NCBI GenBank assembly: GCA_964652895.1
Contig: CAZZCH010000003.1
Span: 6,526-70,525 of the forward strand
Source of the DNA: an uncultured Eubacteriales bacterium
GTDB taxonomy: Bacteria; Acidobacteriota; Aminicenantia; Aminicenantales; Saccharicenantaceae
Direction of reading: 5' to 3'
DNA: 64,000 nucleotides
The notes beneath the pieces are model-generated. The model was not told the origin of the DNA. It saw only the letters and a list, made by a program, of their open reading frames with translations, and made no database searches. Positions 51,998 through 61,237 of the stretch are shown in pieces. How positions within the stretch are numbered: position 1 is the first letter of the stretch; each line of letters opens with the position of its first letter. Position numbers and translations under genes: made by a program.

Positions 51998-52737
51998 GTC
52001 GCTTCGAAGGACGGGTATCGATCGTCACCGGCGCTTCCCAGGGGATCGGAGAGGCCATCGCCCGCGAGCTCGCCGCCGAGGGGGCGGCCGTCGTCCTCCT
52101 CGACGTCCAGCCGGACAAGCTCGAGGCCGTGGTCCGGTCGATCGCCGACGCCGGCGGCAAGGCCGAAGCGCACCAGGCCGACGTCGCCGACGCGGCCGCC
52201 GTCGAACGTGTCGTCGGCGCCGTCGCCGCCGCGCACGGCCGGATCGACCACCTGGTCAACAACGCCGGCATCACCCGCGACGGTCTGCTCATGCGCATGC
52301 GGGAGGAGGATTGGGACTCCGTCATCCGGGTCAATTTGAAAGGGACCTTCAACCTCTCCAAGGCCGTCATCCGGACGATGATCGCGGCGAAATACGGGCG
52401 GATCGTCAACATCGCCTCCGTCGCCGGACTCATGGGCAACGCCGGCCAGGCCAACTACGCGGCCTCCAAGGCCGGCGTCATCGCCTTGGCCCGGTCCCTG
52501 GCCCGCGAAGTCGGCGCCCGGGGCATCACCGTCAACGCGGTCGCGCCGGGGTTCATAGCGACGGCCATGACGGACGTCTTGCCCGAGGACGTCAAGAAGG
52601 CCTACCTCGAGATCATTCCCTTAAAAAAATTCGGGCTTCCCAAAGACGTGGCATCTGCTGTAAAATTCCTACTCTCCGACGAGGCCGCATATATCACGGG
52701 CCAGGTGGTCAGCGTGAACGGCGGCATGTATATGTAG
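51994..52737 (+). CDS. fabG: 3-oxoacyl-ACP reductase
   Basis: The start forms an ATGA overlap with plsX. The motifs [12 protein letters not shown] and YAASKAG are present. Confidence 0.95.
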   Translation: MSRFEGRVSIVTGASQGIGEAIARELAAEGAAVVLLDVQPDKLEAVVRSIADAGGKAEAHQADVADAAAVERVVGAVAAAHGRIDHLVNNAGITRDGLLMRMREEDWDSVIRVNLKGTFNLSKAVIRTMIAAKYGRIVNIASVAGLMGNAGQANYAASKAGVIALARSLAREVGARGITVNAVAPGFIATAMTDVLPEDVKKAYLEIIPLKKFGLPKDVASAVKFLLSDEAAYITGQVVSVNGGMYM

Positions 52738-52781
52738 GCGGTCCGCTATCATCCGTATCAATTATTTTTGAGGAGGACAGT

Positions 52782-53024
52782 ATGGAAAGAGCCGAACTGC
52801 TCAAGAAAGTCAGGGCGATCGTTTCGGACAAGCTGAGCATCAGCGAGGAACAGGTCACCGAAGACGCGTCCTTCATCGATGATCTCGGTGCCGACTCTTT
52901 GGATACGGTCGAGCTGGTGATGGCCCTGGAGGACGAGTTCGGGCTGGATATCCCCGACGATCAGGCCGAAAAGATGACCACGGTGGGCAAGGCTCTCGAC
53001 TACATCGCCGGCCACGCCAAGTAG
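52782..53024 (+). CDS. acpP: acyl carrier protein
   Basis: AGGAGG lies upstream, and the phosphopantetheine attachment site is [17 protein letters not shown]. The gene is embedded in a longer spurious ORF in the track. Confidence 0.95.
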   Translation: MERAELLKKVRAIVSDKLSISEEQVTEDASFIDDLGADSLDTVELVMALEDEFGLDIPDDQAEKMTTVGKALDYIAGHAK

Positions 53025-53060
53025 ATCCGCCAGCGGCTTTTTTTTCTGATCGACCGTCAA

Positions 53061-54323
53061 ATGGACAGGGAACGTGCTCCCGACCGGCGGGTCGTTGTCA
53101 CGGGCATCGGCCTCGTGTCCCCTCTCGGCACGGGAACGGACAAGAACTGGCAGGCCCTCCTCCGCGGCGAAAGCGGCATCGCGCTCCTGACCCGGTTCGA
53201 CGTCTCCCGCCACGCGACGCACTTCGGCGGCGAGGTCAAGGACTTCGACCCCCTCCTGTTTATCGACCGCAAGGAAGTTCGCAAGATGGACCGCTTCACT
53301 CAGTTCGCCTTGGCCGCGGCCCATCTGGCCGTGGAGGATGCCGGGATCCCGCTCGGCGACCTCCAGTCGGACCGGGCCGGAACCTATGTCGGCTCCGGCA
53401 TCGGCGGGCTCGGCTCCATCGAGGAGTGGCACACCGTCCTCCTCGAGAAGGGCCCGGAGCGGATCTCGCCGTTCTTCCTCGTCCAGACGATCATCAACGA
53501 GGCCTCGGGTCAGATCTCCATCCGCTACGGGGCCAAGGGCCCCAACTGCGCCAACGCGACGGCCTGTAGCACCGGCACCCATGCCATCGGCGACTCGTTC
53601 CGGATGATCGTCCGGGGCGAGGTCGACATCATGATCGCGGGAGGGGCCGAGGCCCCTCTGACGCCGCTCAGCCTGGCCGGCTTCAACGCCATGAAAGCGA
53701 TCTCCGAGAGGAACGACGCCCCGGCCAAGGCCTCTCGGCCGTTCGACGCGCAGAGGGACGGGTTCGTCATGGGCGAGGGCTCGGGCGTCGTCATCCTCGA
53801 GGAATTGGGCCGGGCGCTCGGGCGGGGGGCCCGGGTCTACGCCGAGGTCGTCGGCTATGGGATGACGAGCGATGCCTATCATGTCGCCGCACCGGCCCCC
53901 GACGGGGACGGTGCGGTCCGGGTGATGCGGCGGGCTATCGAGGACGCCGGGGTCCGGCCGGAGGACGTCCAGTACATCAATGCCCACGGCACATCGACGC
54001 CGTCCAACGACAAGATCGAGACCATGGCCATCAAGAAGGTTTTCGGAGAGCACTCCTCGCGCGTGGCCGTCAATTCGACGAAATCCATGACCGGCCATCT
54101 CCTGGGCGCGGCCGGCGGCCTCGAGGCCGGCATCACCGCGCTCTGCCTGCACCATCAGGTCATGACGCCGACCATCAACTACGAGTTCCCCGACCCGGAG
54201 TGCGACCTGGACTACGTCCCGAACGTCGCCCGGAAGGCGGAGATCGTCCACGGCCTCAGCAACTCCTTCGGCTTCGGCGGGACCAACGCCGCTCTGCTGT
54301 TCAGGAGATTCGAGAAATCCTAG
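53061..54323 (+). CDS. fabF: 3-oxoacyl-ACP synthase II
   Basis: The active-site Cys context is NATACSTG, and the His contexts are INAHGTST and KSMTGHLLGAAG. Confidence 0.95.
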   Translation: MDRERAPDRRVVVTGIGLVSPLGTGTDKNWQALLRGESGIALLTRFDVSRHATHFGGEVKDFDPLLFIDRKEVRKMDRFTQFALAAAHLAVEDAGIPLGDLQSDRAGTYVGSGIGGLGSIEEWHTVLLEKGPERISPFFLVQTIINEASGQISIRYGAKGPNCANATACSTGTHAIGDSFRMIVRGEVDIMIAGGAEAPLTPLSLAGFNAMKAISERNDAPAKASRPFDAQRDGFVMGEGSGVVILEELGRALGRGARVYAEVVGYGMTSDAYHVAAPAPDGDGAVRVMRRAIEDAGVRPEDVQYINAHGTSTPSNDKIETMAIKKVFGEHSSRVAVNSTKSMTGHLLGAAGGLEAGITALCLHHQVMTPTINYEFPDPECDLDYVPNVARKAEIVHGLSNSFGFGGTNAALLFRRFEKS

Positions 54324-54362
54324 GGCCGGGACGGGGGGACTTTTCCGAAGAGGAGAGGACAC

Positions 54363-55145
54363 ATGAACATTCTCGTTTTCGTCAAGCGGGTTCCCGACAC
54401 GGAATCCCGGATCCGGATCCAGCACGAGACGAAATCGGTCGTCGAGGATGGGCTGAATTTCGTCGTCAGCCCCTATGACGAATACGCCGTGGAAGAGGCC
54501 CTGAAACTCAGGGAAGTCCAGGGAGGGACCGTCCGCGCCGTATCCGTGGGCAAGGACGAGGCCGCCGTCGTCCTCCGCAAGTGCCTGGCCATGGGGGCCG
54601 ACGAGGCCTTCCTGGTCAAGGACGATTCGCCCGAAACTTATGACGGGCTCCGGACGGCCCGCATCATCGCCCGAACCGTGGAGCGGAAGTTCGCCGGGAC
54701 GGATCTCTTCCTTTTCGGGAAGCAGGCGGTCGGCACCGACAACAGCCAGGTCCCGGCCATGGTCGCCGAGCTTCTCGGCCTGCCCCAGGCGACCGTCGTG
54801 ACCAAGCTCGAGGTCGAGGGCGCGTCCGCGACGGCCCTCCGCGAGATCGAGGGGGGGCTGGAAAAGATCGTCCTGTCGCTCCCCGCGGTCGTCACCGCCC
54901 AAAAGGGCCTGAACGAGCCCCGCTACGAAACGCTCAAGGGCATCATGGCCGCCAAGAAGAAGGACATCCCCGTGGTCAAGCTCGAAGAGCTGGGATTCGG
55001 GCCGGACGAGCTTGTCTCTCAGGTCGACGTCACCGGCCTGGACGTCCCGGCCCCGAGACAGTGCGGGAGGATCCTGACGGGCGAGCCGGCCGAGACGGCC
55101 CGCGAGCTCGTGGGCCTCCTCCGGACCGAGGCCAAGATCATATAA
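54363..55145 (+). CDS. etfB: electron transfer flavoprotein beta subunit
   Basis: The sequence contains MNILVFVKRVPDT...SPYDEYAVEEALKL...DLFLFGKQAVGTDNSQV. Confidence 0.9.
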   Translation: MNILVFVKRVPDTESRIRIQHETKSVVEDGLNFVVSPYDEYAVEEALKLREVQGGTVRAVSVGKDEAAVVLRKCLAMGADEAFLVKDDSPETYDGLRTARIIARTVERKFAGTDLFLFGKQAVGTDNSQVPAMVAELLGLPQATVVTKLEVEGASATALREIEGGLEKIVLSLPAVVTAQKGLNEPRYETLKGIMAAKKKDIPVVKLEELGFGPDELVSQVDVTGLDVPAPRQCGRILTGEPAETARELVGLLRTEAKII

Positions 55146-55158
55146 AAGGAGAGGGACG

Positions 55159-56136
55159 ATGATCGCCGTATTCATGGAAACACGGGACGGGAAGATCAAG
55201 AAGAGCTCCCTCGAAGCTCTTTCCGAGGCCCAGCGCCGGGCCGTTGAGATGGGGGTCGAGACGGTCGCCGTCCTGGTCGGCGACGCTGTCGCGGACCTTG
55301 CCCCGAGCGCCTTCGCGTTCGGCGCTGTCAAGGTCTATCTTATAGAGAACAAAACTCTTGCGGCTTACTCCTCGCAGGGATACGCGCTGGCTCTGGCCGC
55401 GTTCGTCGGAGAGGCGAAACCCGCCGCCCTCTTTTTTGCGGCGACAGCCATGGGCCGGGACCTCGCGCCGCGGGTCGCCGCCCGGCTCGGCGCGGGCCTC
55501 GCTTCGGATTGCGTGAAAATCGCGGTCAAGGCCGGAGCGCTCGAGTTCACCCGTCCGATCTACGCGGGCAAAGCGTTCCTGTCCCTGACCCTGAGATCCA
55601 GGCCCAACGTGGCCACCCTGCGGCCGAACGTCTTCCCGCTCGGCGAAGCCGTTCCCGTCGCCGGGCAGGTCGTCAAGATGGACGTCACGGTCCCCGACGG
55701 AACGGTCAAGGGCCGCGTCACCGAAGTCATCAAGGAAGAGAGCGCGGAAGTCGATGTCACCGAAGCCGATGTGGTCGTTTCGGGCGGCCGCGGTCTCAAG
55801 GGGCCGGAAAACTTCGCCCTGCTCCGGGACCTGGCGGCCGTCTTTCCCCGCGCCGCCGTGGGTGCCTCGCGCTCGGCCGTCGACTCGGGCTGGATCGGCC
55901 ATTCGCACCAGGTTGGGCAGACGGGGAAAACCGTCTCCCCCAACCTCTATATCGCCGTGGGGATCTCCGGGGCCATTCAGCACCTGGCCGGGATGTCGTC
56001 CTCGAAGGTTATCGTCGCCGTCAACAAGGACGCCGAAGCGCCGATCTTCAAGGTCGCCGACTACGGCATCGTCGGCGACCTCTTCGAGGTCGTGCCGCGG
56101 CTCAAGGACGAACTCAAGAAGGCCCTGGCGGAATAG
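55159..56136 (+). CDS. etfA: electron transfer flavoprotein alpha subunit
   Basis: The FAD-binding C-terminal domain reads VVSGGRGL...GASRSAVDSGW...QVGQTGKTVSPNLYIAVGISGAIQH. Confidence 0.9.
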   Translation: MIAVFMETRDGKIKKSSLEALSEAQRRAVEMGVETVAVLVGDAVADLAPSAFAFGAVKVYLIENKTLAAYSSQGYALALAAFVGEAKPAALFFAATAMGRDLAPRVAARLGAGLASDCVKIAVKAGALEFTRPIYAGKAFLSLTLRSRPNVATLRPNVFPLGEAVPVAGQVVKMDVTVPDGTVKGRVTEVIKEESAEVDVTEADVVVSGGRGLKGPENFALLRDLAAVFPRAAVGASRSAVDSGWIGHSHQVGQTGKTVSPNLYIAVGISGAIQHLAGMSSSKVIVAVNKDAEAPIFKVADYGIVGDLFEVVPRLKDELKKALAE

Positions 56137-56139
56137 CCC

Positions 56140-57753
56140 TCACTTGTAGGGGTCGGCGGGCGCTTCCTTCGAGATTTCCAGCAACAGCCGGTTCGTCTCC
56201 GACCGCGTTTCGCCCACGCTCGTGACGAAGATGGCCGGGTCGTCCATGATCGGGCACTTGTTCTCGCAGATGCCGCAGCCCGTGCAGAGCTCGATGTCGA
56301 TGACCGGGGCCTTTTGGACGGCGACCGCGCCGTCGGCGAGCTTGGTCTCGACCTCGACCAGCTTGATGGCCTTGGGCGAGACCGGGCAGTGCTCTTCACA
56401 GACGATGCACGGCTTGCCCAGGACGTAGGGGATGCAGCGGCTCTTGTTGACCCAGGCCGTGCCGATCTTGACCTTGTTCTTTTCTTCGATGGTCAGCTTC
56501 TTGATGGCCCCCGTCGGGCAGACCTGGGTGCAGAGCGAGCAGTAGTACTCGCAATAGCCGACCTTGGGGACGAGCATCGGGGTGTAGATCCCCTCGGGCC
56601 CGGCCTGGGTCAGGACCGGCTGGAGCCCGCCCGTCGGGCAGGCCCGCATGCACTGGGCGCACTTGACGCACTTCGCCAGGAACTTGTCCTCGGGGAGCGA
56701 ACCGGGCGGCCGGATGAGCTTGAGCGAGGCCCTCTTGTGGACGGGTGTCAGGCGGAAGAAGGGGACGGCCACGATGCCCAGGAAGGTCGTCAGGAGGAGC
56801 TTCCGCCGTGACAGATCGACGTTCGAGACGTTGGTCATTTTCTCGGGGCGGAAGGAAACCGGGAAACGGATGGCCCCGGTCGGGCAGATCGAGGCGCAAT
56901 TCTGGCAGTAGATGCACTCGCCGCTTTTCCACGTCTCGTTCGGATACGGCTGGGCCTGCGTCTCGCAATGCTGGGTGCAGAGGCCGCACTTGATGCATTT
57001 CTCTTCGTCGATCTTGAGCTTGAACAGGTTCCAGCGGCTGAGGAGGCCGAGGAGGGCGCCCGTCGGGCAGAGATAACGGCACCAGAACCTTTCCTTCCGG
57101 GCGTTGAGCGCGACCGCTCCGAGGAAGAGGAGGCCTATGGAAAAACCCTGGGCGAACGTGACGTTGATGGTCCAGTTTTCGAGGGCCTGGGAGATCGAGC
57201 GGGCCAGGCCGGTGATCCCGAGGCCATAGAGGACGCCGTTCAGGTTGGAAAGGGCGTAGGCCAGCGCGGGGAACACGGCCGTAGCGAAGGACCGGGTCAG
57301 GAACGAGAAGGGGTCGAGATAGCCGGCCAGGTCCAGGCCGAAAAGAGCGCCGGCCAGGACGATGATCAGGATGTAGTATTTCGGGGACAGGCTCGCTCTG
57401 TCCTCCCGGGGGGGCTTGAGGAACTTCGTCTTTTTGAAGACGAAAGAGGAGAACTGGTGGACGGCTCCGAGGGGGCAGACCCAGCCGCAGAAAACGCGGC
57501 CGAAAAGGATGGTGGCCAAGACCGTGATCAGCGCGAAAGCGAAGTAGGCGTAGACGAGACGCGCCGAAACGATAGTGACCAGAGCGAGAAGCGGGTCGAA
57601 ATGGAAGAAGCGCTGGACGGTCGAGCCGATGTAGTCCTGGCCCGTGTAGTGAGCGCCGAGCAGAAGATAGAGGAAGAGCCCGAAGAACGCCGTCTGGCTG
57701 ACTATCCGGAGGAGCTCGAGGACGCGGTGCTTCCTAGATTTTTCTCTTTTCAA
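56140..57753 (-). CDS. membrane-anchored polyferredoxin (NapH/MauN-like N-terminal TM domain plus multiple 4Fe-4S motifs)
   Basis: The TM region carries FCGWVCPLGA and WCRYLCPTGA. Five further CxxCxxC(xxxCP) motifs follow: CIKCGLCTQHC, CIYCQNCASICP, CVKCAQCMRACP, CSLCTQVCP and CTGCGICENKCP. Confidence 0.8.
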   Translation of the reverse strand: MKREKSRKHRVLELLRIVSQTAFFGLFLYLLLGAHYTGQDYIGSTVQRFFHFDPLLALVTIVSARLVYAYFAFALITVLATILFGRVFCGWVCPLGAVHQFSSFVFKKTKFLKPPREDRASLSPKYYILIIVLAGALFGLDLAGYLDPFSFLTRSFATAVFPALAYALSNLNGVLYGLGITGLARSISQALENWTINVTFAQGFSIGLLFLGAVALNARKERFWCRYLCPTGALLGLLSRWNLFKLKIDEEKCIKCGLCTQHCETQAQPYPNETWKSGECIYCQNCASICPTGAIRFPVSFRPEKMTNVSNVDLSRRKLLLTTFLGIVAVPFFRLTPVHKRASLKLIRPPGSLPEDKFLAKCVKCAQCMRACPTGGLQPVLTQAGPEGIYTPMLVPKVGYCEYYCSLCTQVCPTGAIKKLTIEEKNKVKIGTAWVNKSRCIPYVLGKPCIVCEEHCPVSPKAIKLVEVETKLADGAVAVQKAPVIDIELCTGCGICENKCPIMDDPAIFVTSVGETRSETNRLLLEISKEAPADPYK

Positions 57754-58633
57754 GGCGGACCTTCTCCAGTTCGAATTCTCCGAGACCCCGCTCCCGGGCG
57801 TAACCGAGGTAGGGAAGCTCGCGTGGCGCGACCCCGAAGAACGAGGCCCCCATGGCGTCCACGGCGACGGGGTCCGTCCCGGCGACGACGGTCTTGACGA
57901 GCTCGGTGTCCGATACCCGCCCGCCCTGCGGCCCGTTGCGGACGAGGATGCGGTAGGCGTCGAGGACGGTCAGCCGGGGCTTGAAAAAGGCGGCCAGGTC
58001 GACCACGGCCCGGTCGATGTCCTGGTGGAACTGGTTGCGGGCGCCTCCGGTCGCGCCGAGCCAATTCTTCATGCCCATGGTCAAGCGGCAGAGCGAATGG
58101 TGCTTGGCGATGGGGACGTTGATGATCTTGTCGGCCTCGATGACGTCGAGGACGATTTCCCATTCCTTGAGCCAGGCGCCTTTGAGGGCCATTTTCTTGA
58201 TCCGGTAGTCGTTGACGAAGAGCATGTCGCCGCCGGCCTGCTTCACGGCCTCCTGGATGCCGGAGCGGACGTAGCACCGCTTGGCCTGATTGGTCGTGTT
58301 GTCGATGACGATGGCCTTCTTCGCCCCGGCGTCGAGGACGAGCTCGACGAGGGTCTTGACCACCTCGGGATTGGTGCAGGCGGCCATCTCGGGGGTCCGG
58401 TCCCAGCCGATGTTCGGTTTGATGACGACCTTGTCGCCCTTGCCGACGAACGTCTTCATCCCGCCCAACATGGCGATGGCTTCCTTGGTGATGGCGGCGG
58501 GGGATTCCCCCTCGACCGCGGCGAGGACCGGGACCGCGGCCGGCGTCGCGGCCGCCCCGGCCAGCACGCCCGGCCCAAAACGGAGAGCCAGGCTCCCCGC
58601 GGCCAAGTCCCAGATGAAATCGCGTCTTTTCAT
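57734..58633 (-). CDS. DUF362 domain protein with twin-arginine (Tat) signal
   Basis: The Tat signal is MKRRDFIWDLAAGSLAL. The DUF362 pattern is KVVIKPNIGWDRTPEMAACTNPEVVKTLVELVLDAGA. The gene overlaps the polyferredoxin gene by 20 nt. Confidence 0.75.
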   Translation of the reverse strand: MKRRDFIWDLAAGSLALRFGPGVLAGAAATPAAVPVLAAVEGESPAAITKEAIAMLGGMKTFVGKGDKVVIKPNIGWDRTPEMAACTNPEVVKTLVELVLDAGAKKAIVIDNTTNQAKRCYVRSGIQEAVKQAGGDMLFVNDYRIKKMALKGAWLKEWEIVLDVIEADKIINVPIAKHHSLCRLTMGMKNWLGATGGARNQFHQDIDRAVVDLAAFFKPRLTVLDAYRILVRNGPQGGRVSDTELVKTVVAGTDPVAVDAMGASFFGVAPRELPYLGYARERGLGEFELEKVRLEKRKI

Positions 58634-58638
58634 CGTCT

Positions 58639-59868
58639 CTATCCTTTCCCGAGGGATCGTATATATTCCATGATCCCGTTGTAGATGCCCTGGGCGGCCA
58701 TCTCGCGATATTTCTTGGTCTTGAGCTTGGCTTCCTCTTTGGCGTTGCTGAGGTGGGAGACTTCCACCAGGACGGAGGGCATTTCGCCGCCGATGAGGAC
58801 CCAGAAGGGGCCGCCCTTGACGCCCAAGTCCTTGATCGTGGGCAGGTCTCCGGACAGGGATTTTACCAGATTCTTCTGGATCTTTTCGGCCAGGTCCCGC
58901 GACTCCAGGATCTTGCTGTTCTGGACGATCTTCTGGAGGACCGTCTTCATATCGCCGATTCTCTTGCTCGAAGTGGCGTTCTCGGACGCGGCCAGCGCGA
59001 TGACCGAGGGGTCGGGGCTGATGTTCAGGAAAAACGTCTCGACGCCGCCGCGCTTCCTGTCCCGGTGGGCGTTGGAGTGGATGGACACGAACAGGTCGGC
59101 CCGTTTCTGGTTGGCGATGACCGTCCGGTTCTCGAGGGGCACGTCGACGTCCGACTCCCGCGTCAGGATGGCGTCGAGGCCGGCCTTTTCCTTGAGCAAT
59201 TTCCGGAGGGCCAGGGCGATGTCGAGGTTGACGGTCTTCTCCTGGAGCCCGCTCTTGCTGATCGCGCCGGGGTCTACGCCGCCATGACCGGGGTCGATGA
59301 CGACGGTCCGCACGCCGAGACCGAGCTGGCGGGCCATGGAGGTCCCCACGAGGCTCGGATCTTGCGGTGTGACCTCGCGCTTAACGGGCGGTTGCGTCTT
59401 ATAGGCGGGGCGAAGAGCCTTTTCTGCCGGCGTCGGCGAGGACGGCTCTTTCGTCTCGTACGGATAGATGTCGATGACCAGCCGGAACGGGTCGAAAAGA
59501 TTATAGACCCGGTAAGATTGGATCCGGGGAAACTCGACGTCGACGACGACCCGGACCGTCGAGGACGTCTTCTGCGAGATCCGGACCTGGCTGATGTACT
59601 CCGCCTCGACCGGGTAGGATTGGCCCTGGAGGATGGGGTTGAGCTTGGCCTGGAAGACGTCGACGTAGATGCGGCCCGGGTCTTTGAGCTCCCCGGACGT
59701 GTACTCGCGGAGCTGGCCGATGTCGAGGACGATGCGGGTGAAGTTCGGATGGGTGAAGCGGCGGAGGTTAACGATCTCGACCCGCGGATCGTCCTGGGGC
59801 GCGGCCGCAAGGAGGACGGAGAGACATGCCAGGACCAGAAAGAGCGGCCGGTTCCTCTCGTGTCTCAA
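58639..59868 (-). CDS. N-acetylmuramoyl-L-alanine amidase (AmiC type, AMIN domain)
   Basis: An N-terminal AMIN-like domain is followed by the Amidase_3 core VVIDPGHGGVDPGA...FVSIHSNA...LVEVSHLSN. Confidence 0.9.
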   Translation of the reverse strand: MRHERNRPLFLVLACLSVLLAAAPQDDPRVEIVNLRRFTHPNFTRIVLDIGQLREYTSGELKDPGRIYVDVFQAKLNPILQGQSYPVEAEYISQVRISQKTSSTVRVVVDVEFPRIQSYRVYNLFDPFRLVIDIYPYETKEPSSPTPAEKALRPAYKTQPPVKREVTPQDPSLVGTSMARQLGLGVRTVVIDPGHGGVDPGAISKSGLQEKTVNLDIALALRKLLKEKAGLDAILTRESDVDVPLENRTVIANQKRADLFVSIHSNAHRDRKRGGVETFFLNISPDPSVIALAASENATSSKRIGDMKTVLQKIVQNSKILESRDLAEKIQKNLVKSLSGDLPTIKDLGVKGGPFWVLIGGEMPSVLVEVSHLSNAKEEAKLKTKKYREMAAQGIYNGIMEYIRSLGKG

Positions 59869-59920
59869 TTCATATTGATTTTATAGGACCCGGCAAGAGT
59901 TGTCTACCGGCAAGCCCGGC

Positions 59921-61123
59921 CTACGCGCCGTACTTTTTCAATTTCAGCGCGTGGGCCAGCATCAGGGGCATGGCCGAGACGGAGCGGAAGCGTCCGAGAA
60001 TGCCCTTGGCGCAGGCGCGCTCCGCGAACGCCTGGACATCGTCCGTCCTGGCGGTCGGCGAGACCAGGACGAAGGGGTTCGGATGCCAGGAGTGACCCTT
60101 GAGCAGGGCCGGCGTCGAGTGGTCCGAGGTCACGACGAGGACGTCCGGCTGGAGGGCGACCAGGCGCGGGATGAAGGGATCGAGGGCTTCGATGGCGGCG
60201 ACCTTGGCCGCGAAATTCCCGTCCTCGCCTGCCGAGTCCGTCTTTTTATAATGGATGTAGAAGAAATCGTGATCCGCCCAATTCTTCTCCAGGGCGTCGA
60301 AGAGATCCGCCGTTTCGCTCCCGACGTCCATGACCTCCATGCCGAGGAGCTTGGCCAGTCCCTTGTACATGGGGTAGTTGGCGATGGCCGCCGGGCGGAT
60401 CTTGAAGAGCTCCCGCATGGTCGGGATGGAGGGGAACTTGGAGAAACCGCGGAGAAGGGCCGCGTTGGCCTTGGCCTCGCCCGAGAGGACGGTGGCGACG
60501 TCGTCGAGGAAGCGGTTGACGATGGCCGCGGCCTTGGCCGCTTCGGGGACGAGAGGCGCCGTCGGGATCGGGGGCTGGCCCTCCTTTTGAGGGTCGGCGT
60601 CGGATAAAGCGTCGGCCAAGCCTTCGGCCGTGAACCGGGCGACGAAGCGGTGCTCTTTCCCCGGGAAAACCCGGACCTCGACCCCGTCGCGATGGGGAAG
60701 ACGGGCGTTCAGGTGGCCGCAGATGCGGACGTTTTCCTCGGTCGGGATGCGGCCGGCCCGGCGGTCGGCGACGAGGCCGCCCCGGACCGTGGCAAAATTG
60801 CCGCGGGCCACGAGGTCGTTCCGGCCGACCTCGACTTTCGAGCCCAAAGCTTCGAGGATGCCGCGGCCGAGCTGGTAGCGGAGCGGATCGTAGCCGAAGA
60901 GGGCGAGATGGGCCGGGCCGCTGCCGGGCGTGATGCCCATCATGACGGGATCGGAAACGCCGCAAACGCCGCGTTTCGCCAGCCCGTCGAGGTTGGGTTT
61001 GCGCGCCGTCTCGAGCTCGGTCTTGCCGTCGACGGGCAGGCCGCCGACGCCGTCCATGACGAGGAGGACGATCTTCGACTCGGTCGTTTGGCTCAACTCT
61101 CTGGCCAGGTCTTCCCATTCCAT
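59921..61123 (-). CDS. apgM: cofactor-independent phosphoglycerate mutase, archaeal type
   Basis: The sequence contains VLLVMDGVGG...ETARKPNLD...GSGPAHLALFGYDP...TSDHSTP. Confidence 0.85.
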   Translation of the reverse strand: MEWEDLARELSQTTESKIVLLVMDGVGGLPVDGKTELETARKPNLDGLAKRGVCGVSDPVMMGITPGSGPAHLALFGYDPLRYQLGRGILEALGSKVEVGRNDLVARGNFATVRGGLVADRRAGRIPTEENVRICGHLNARLPHRDGVEVRVFPGKEHRFVARFTAEGLADALSDADPQKEGQPPIPTAPLVPEAAKAAAIVNRFLDDVATVLSGEAKANAALLRGFSKFPSIPTMRELFKIRPAAIANYPMYKGLAKLLGMEVMDVGSETADLFDALEKNWADHDFFYIHYKKTDSAGEDGNFAAKVAAIEALDPFIPRLVALQPDVLVVTSDHSTPALLKGHSWHPNPFVLVSPTARTDDVQAFAERACAKGILGRFRSVSAMPLMLAHALKLKKYGA

Positions 61124-61237
61124 GGTCGCATTCTCCTTGGAAGAGCTGCCCTAGTTTAACAGATATCGCTTGCCGGTGGCAATTTTCGCCTTTCCCGGGT
61201 GGGGCCGTTTTGCGCTATAATGCCCAAGGGGACATCA

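Noticed and set aside
52758-55331. 857-aa minus-strand ORF, the longest in the track after polA
   Set aside because: It lies antisense to acpP, fabF and etfB, all of which have unmistakable motifs. Its composition is dominated by G/D/R/P/L/V.
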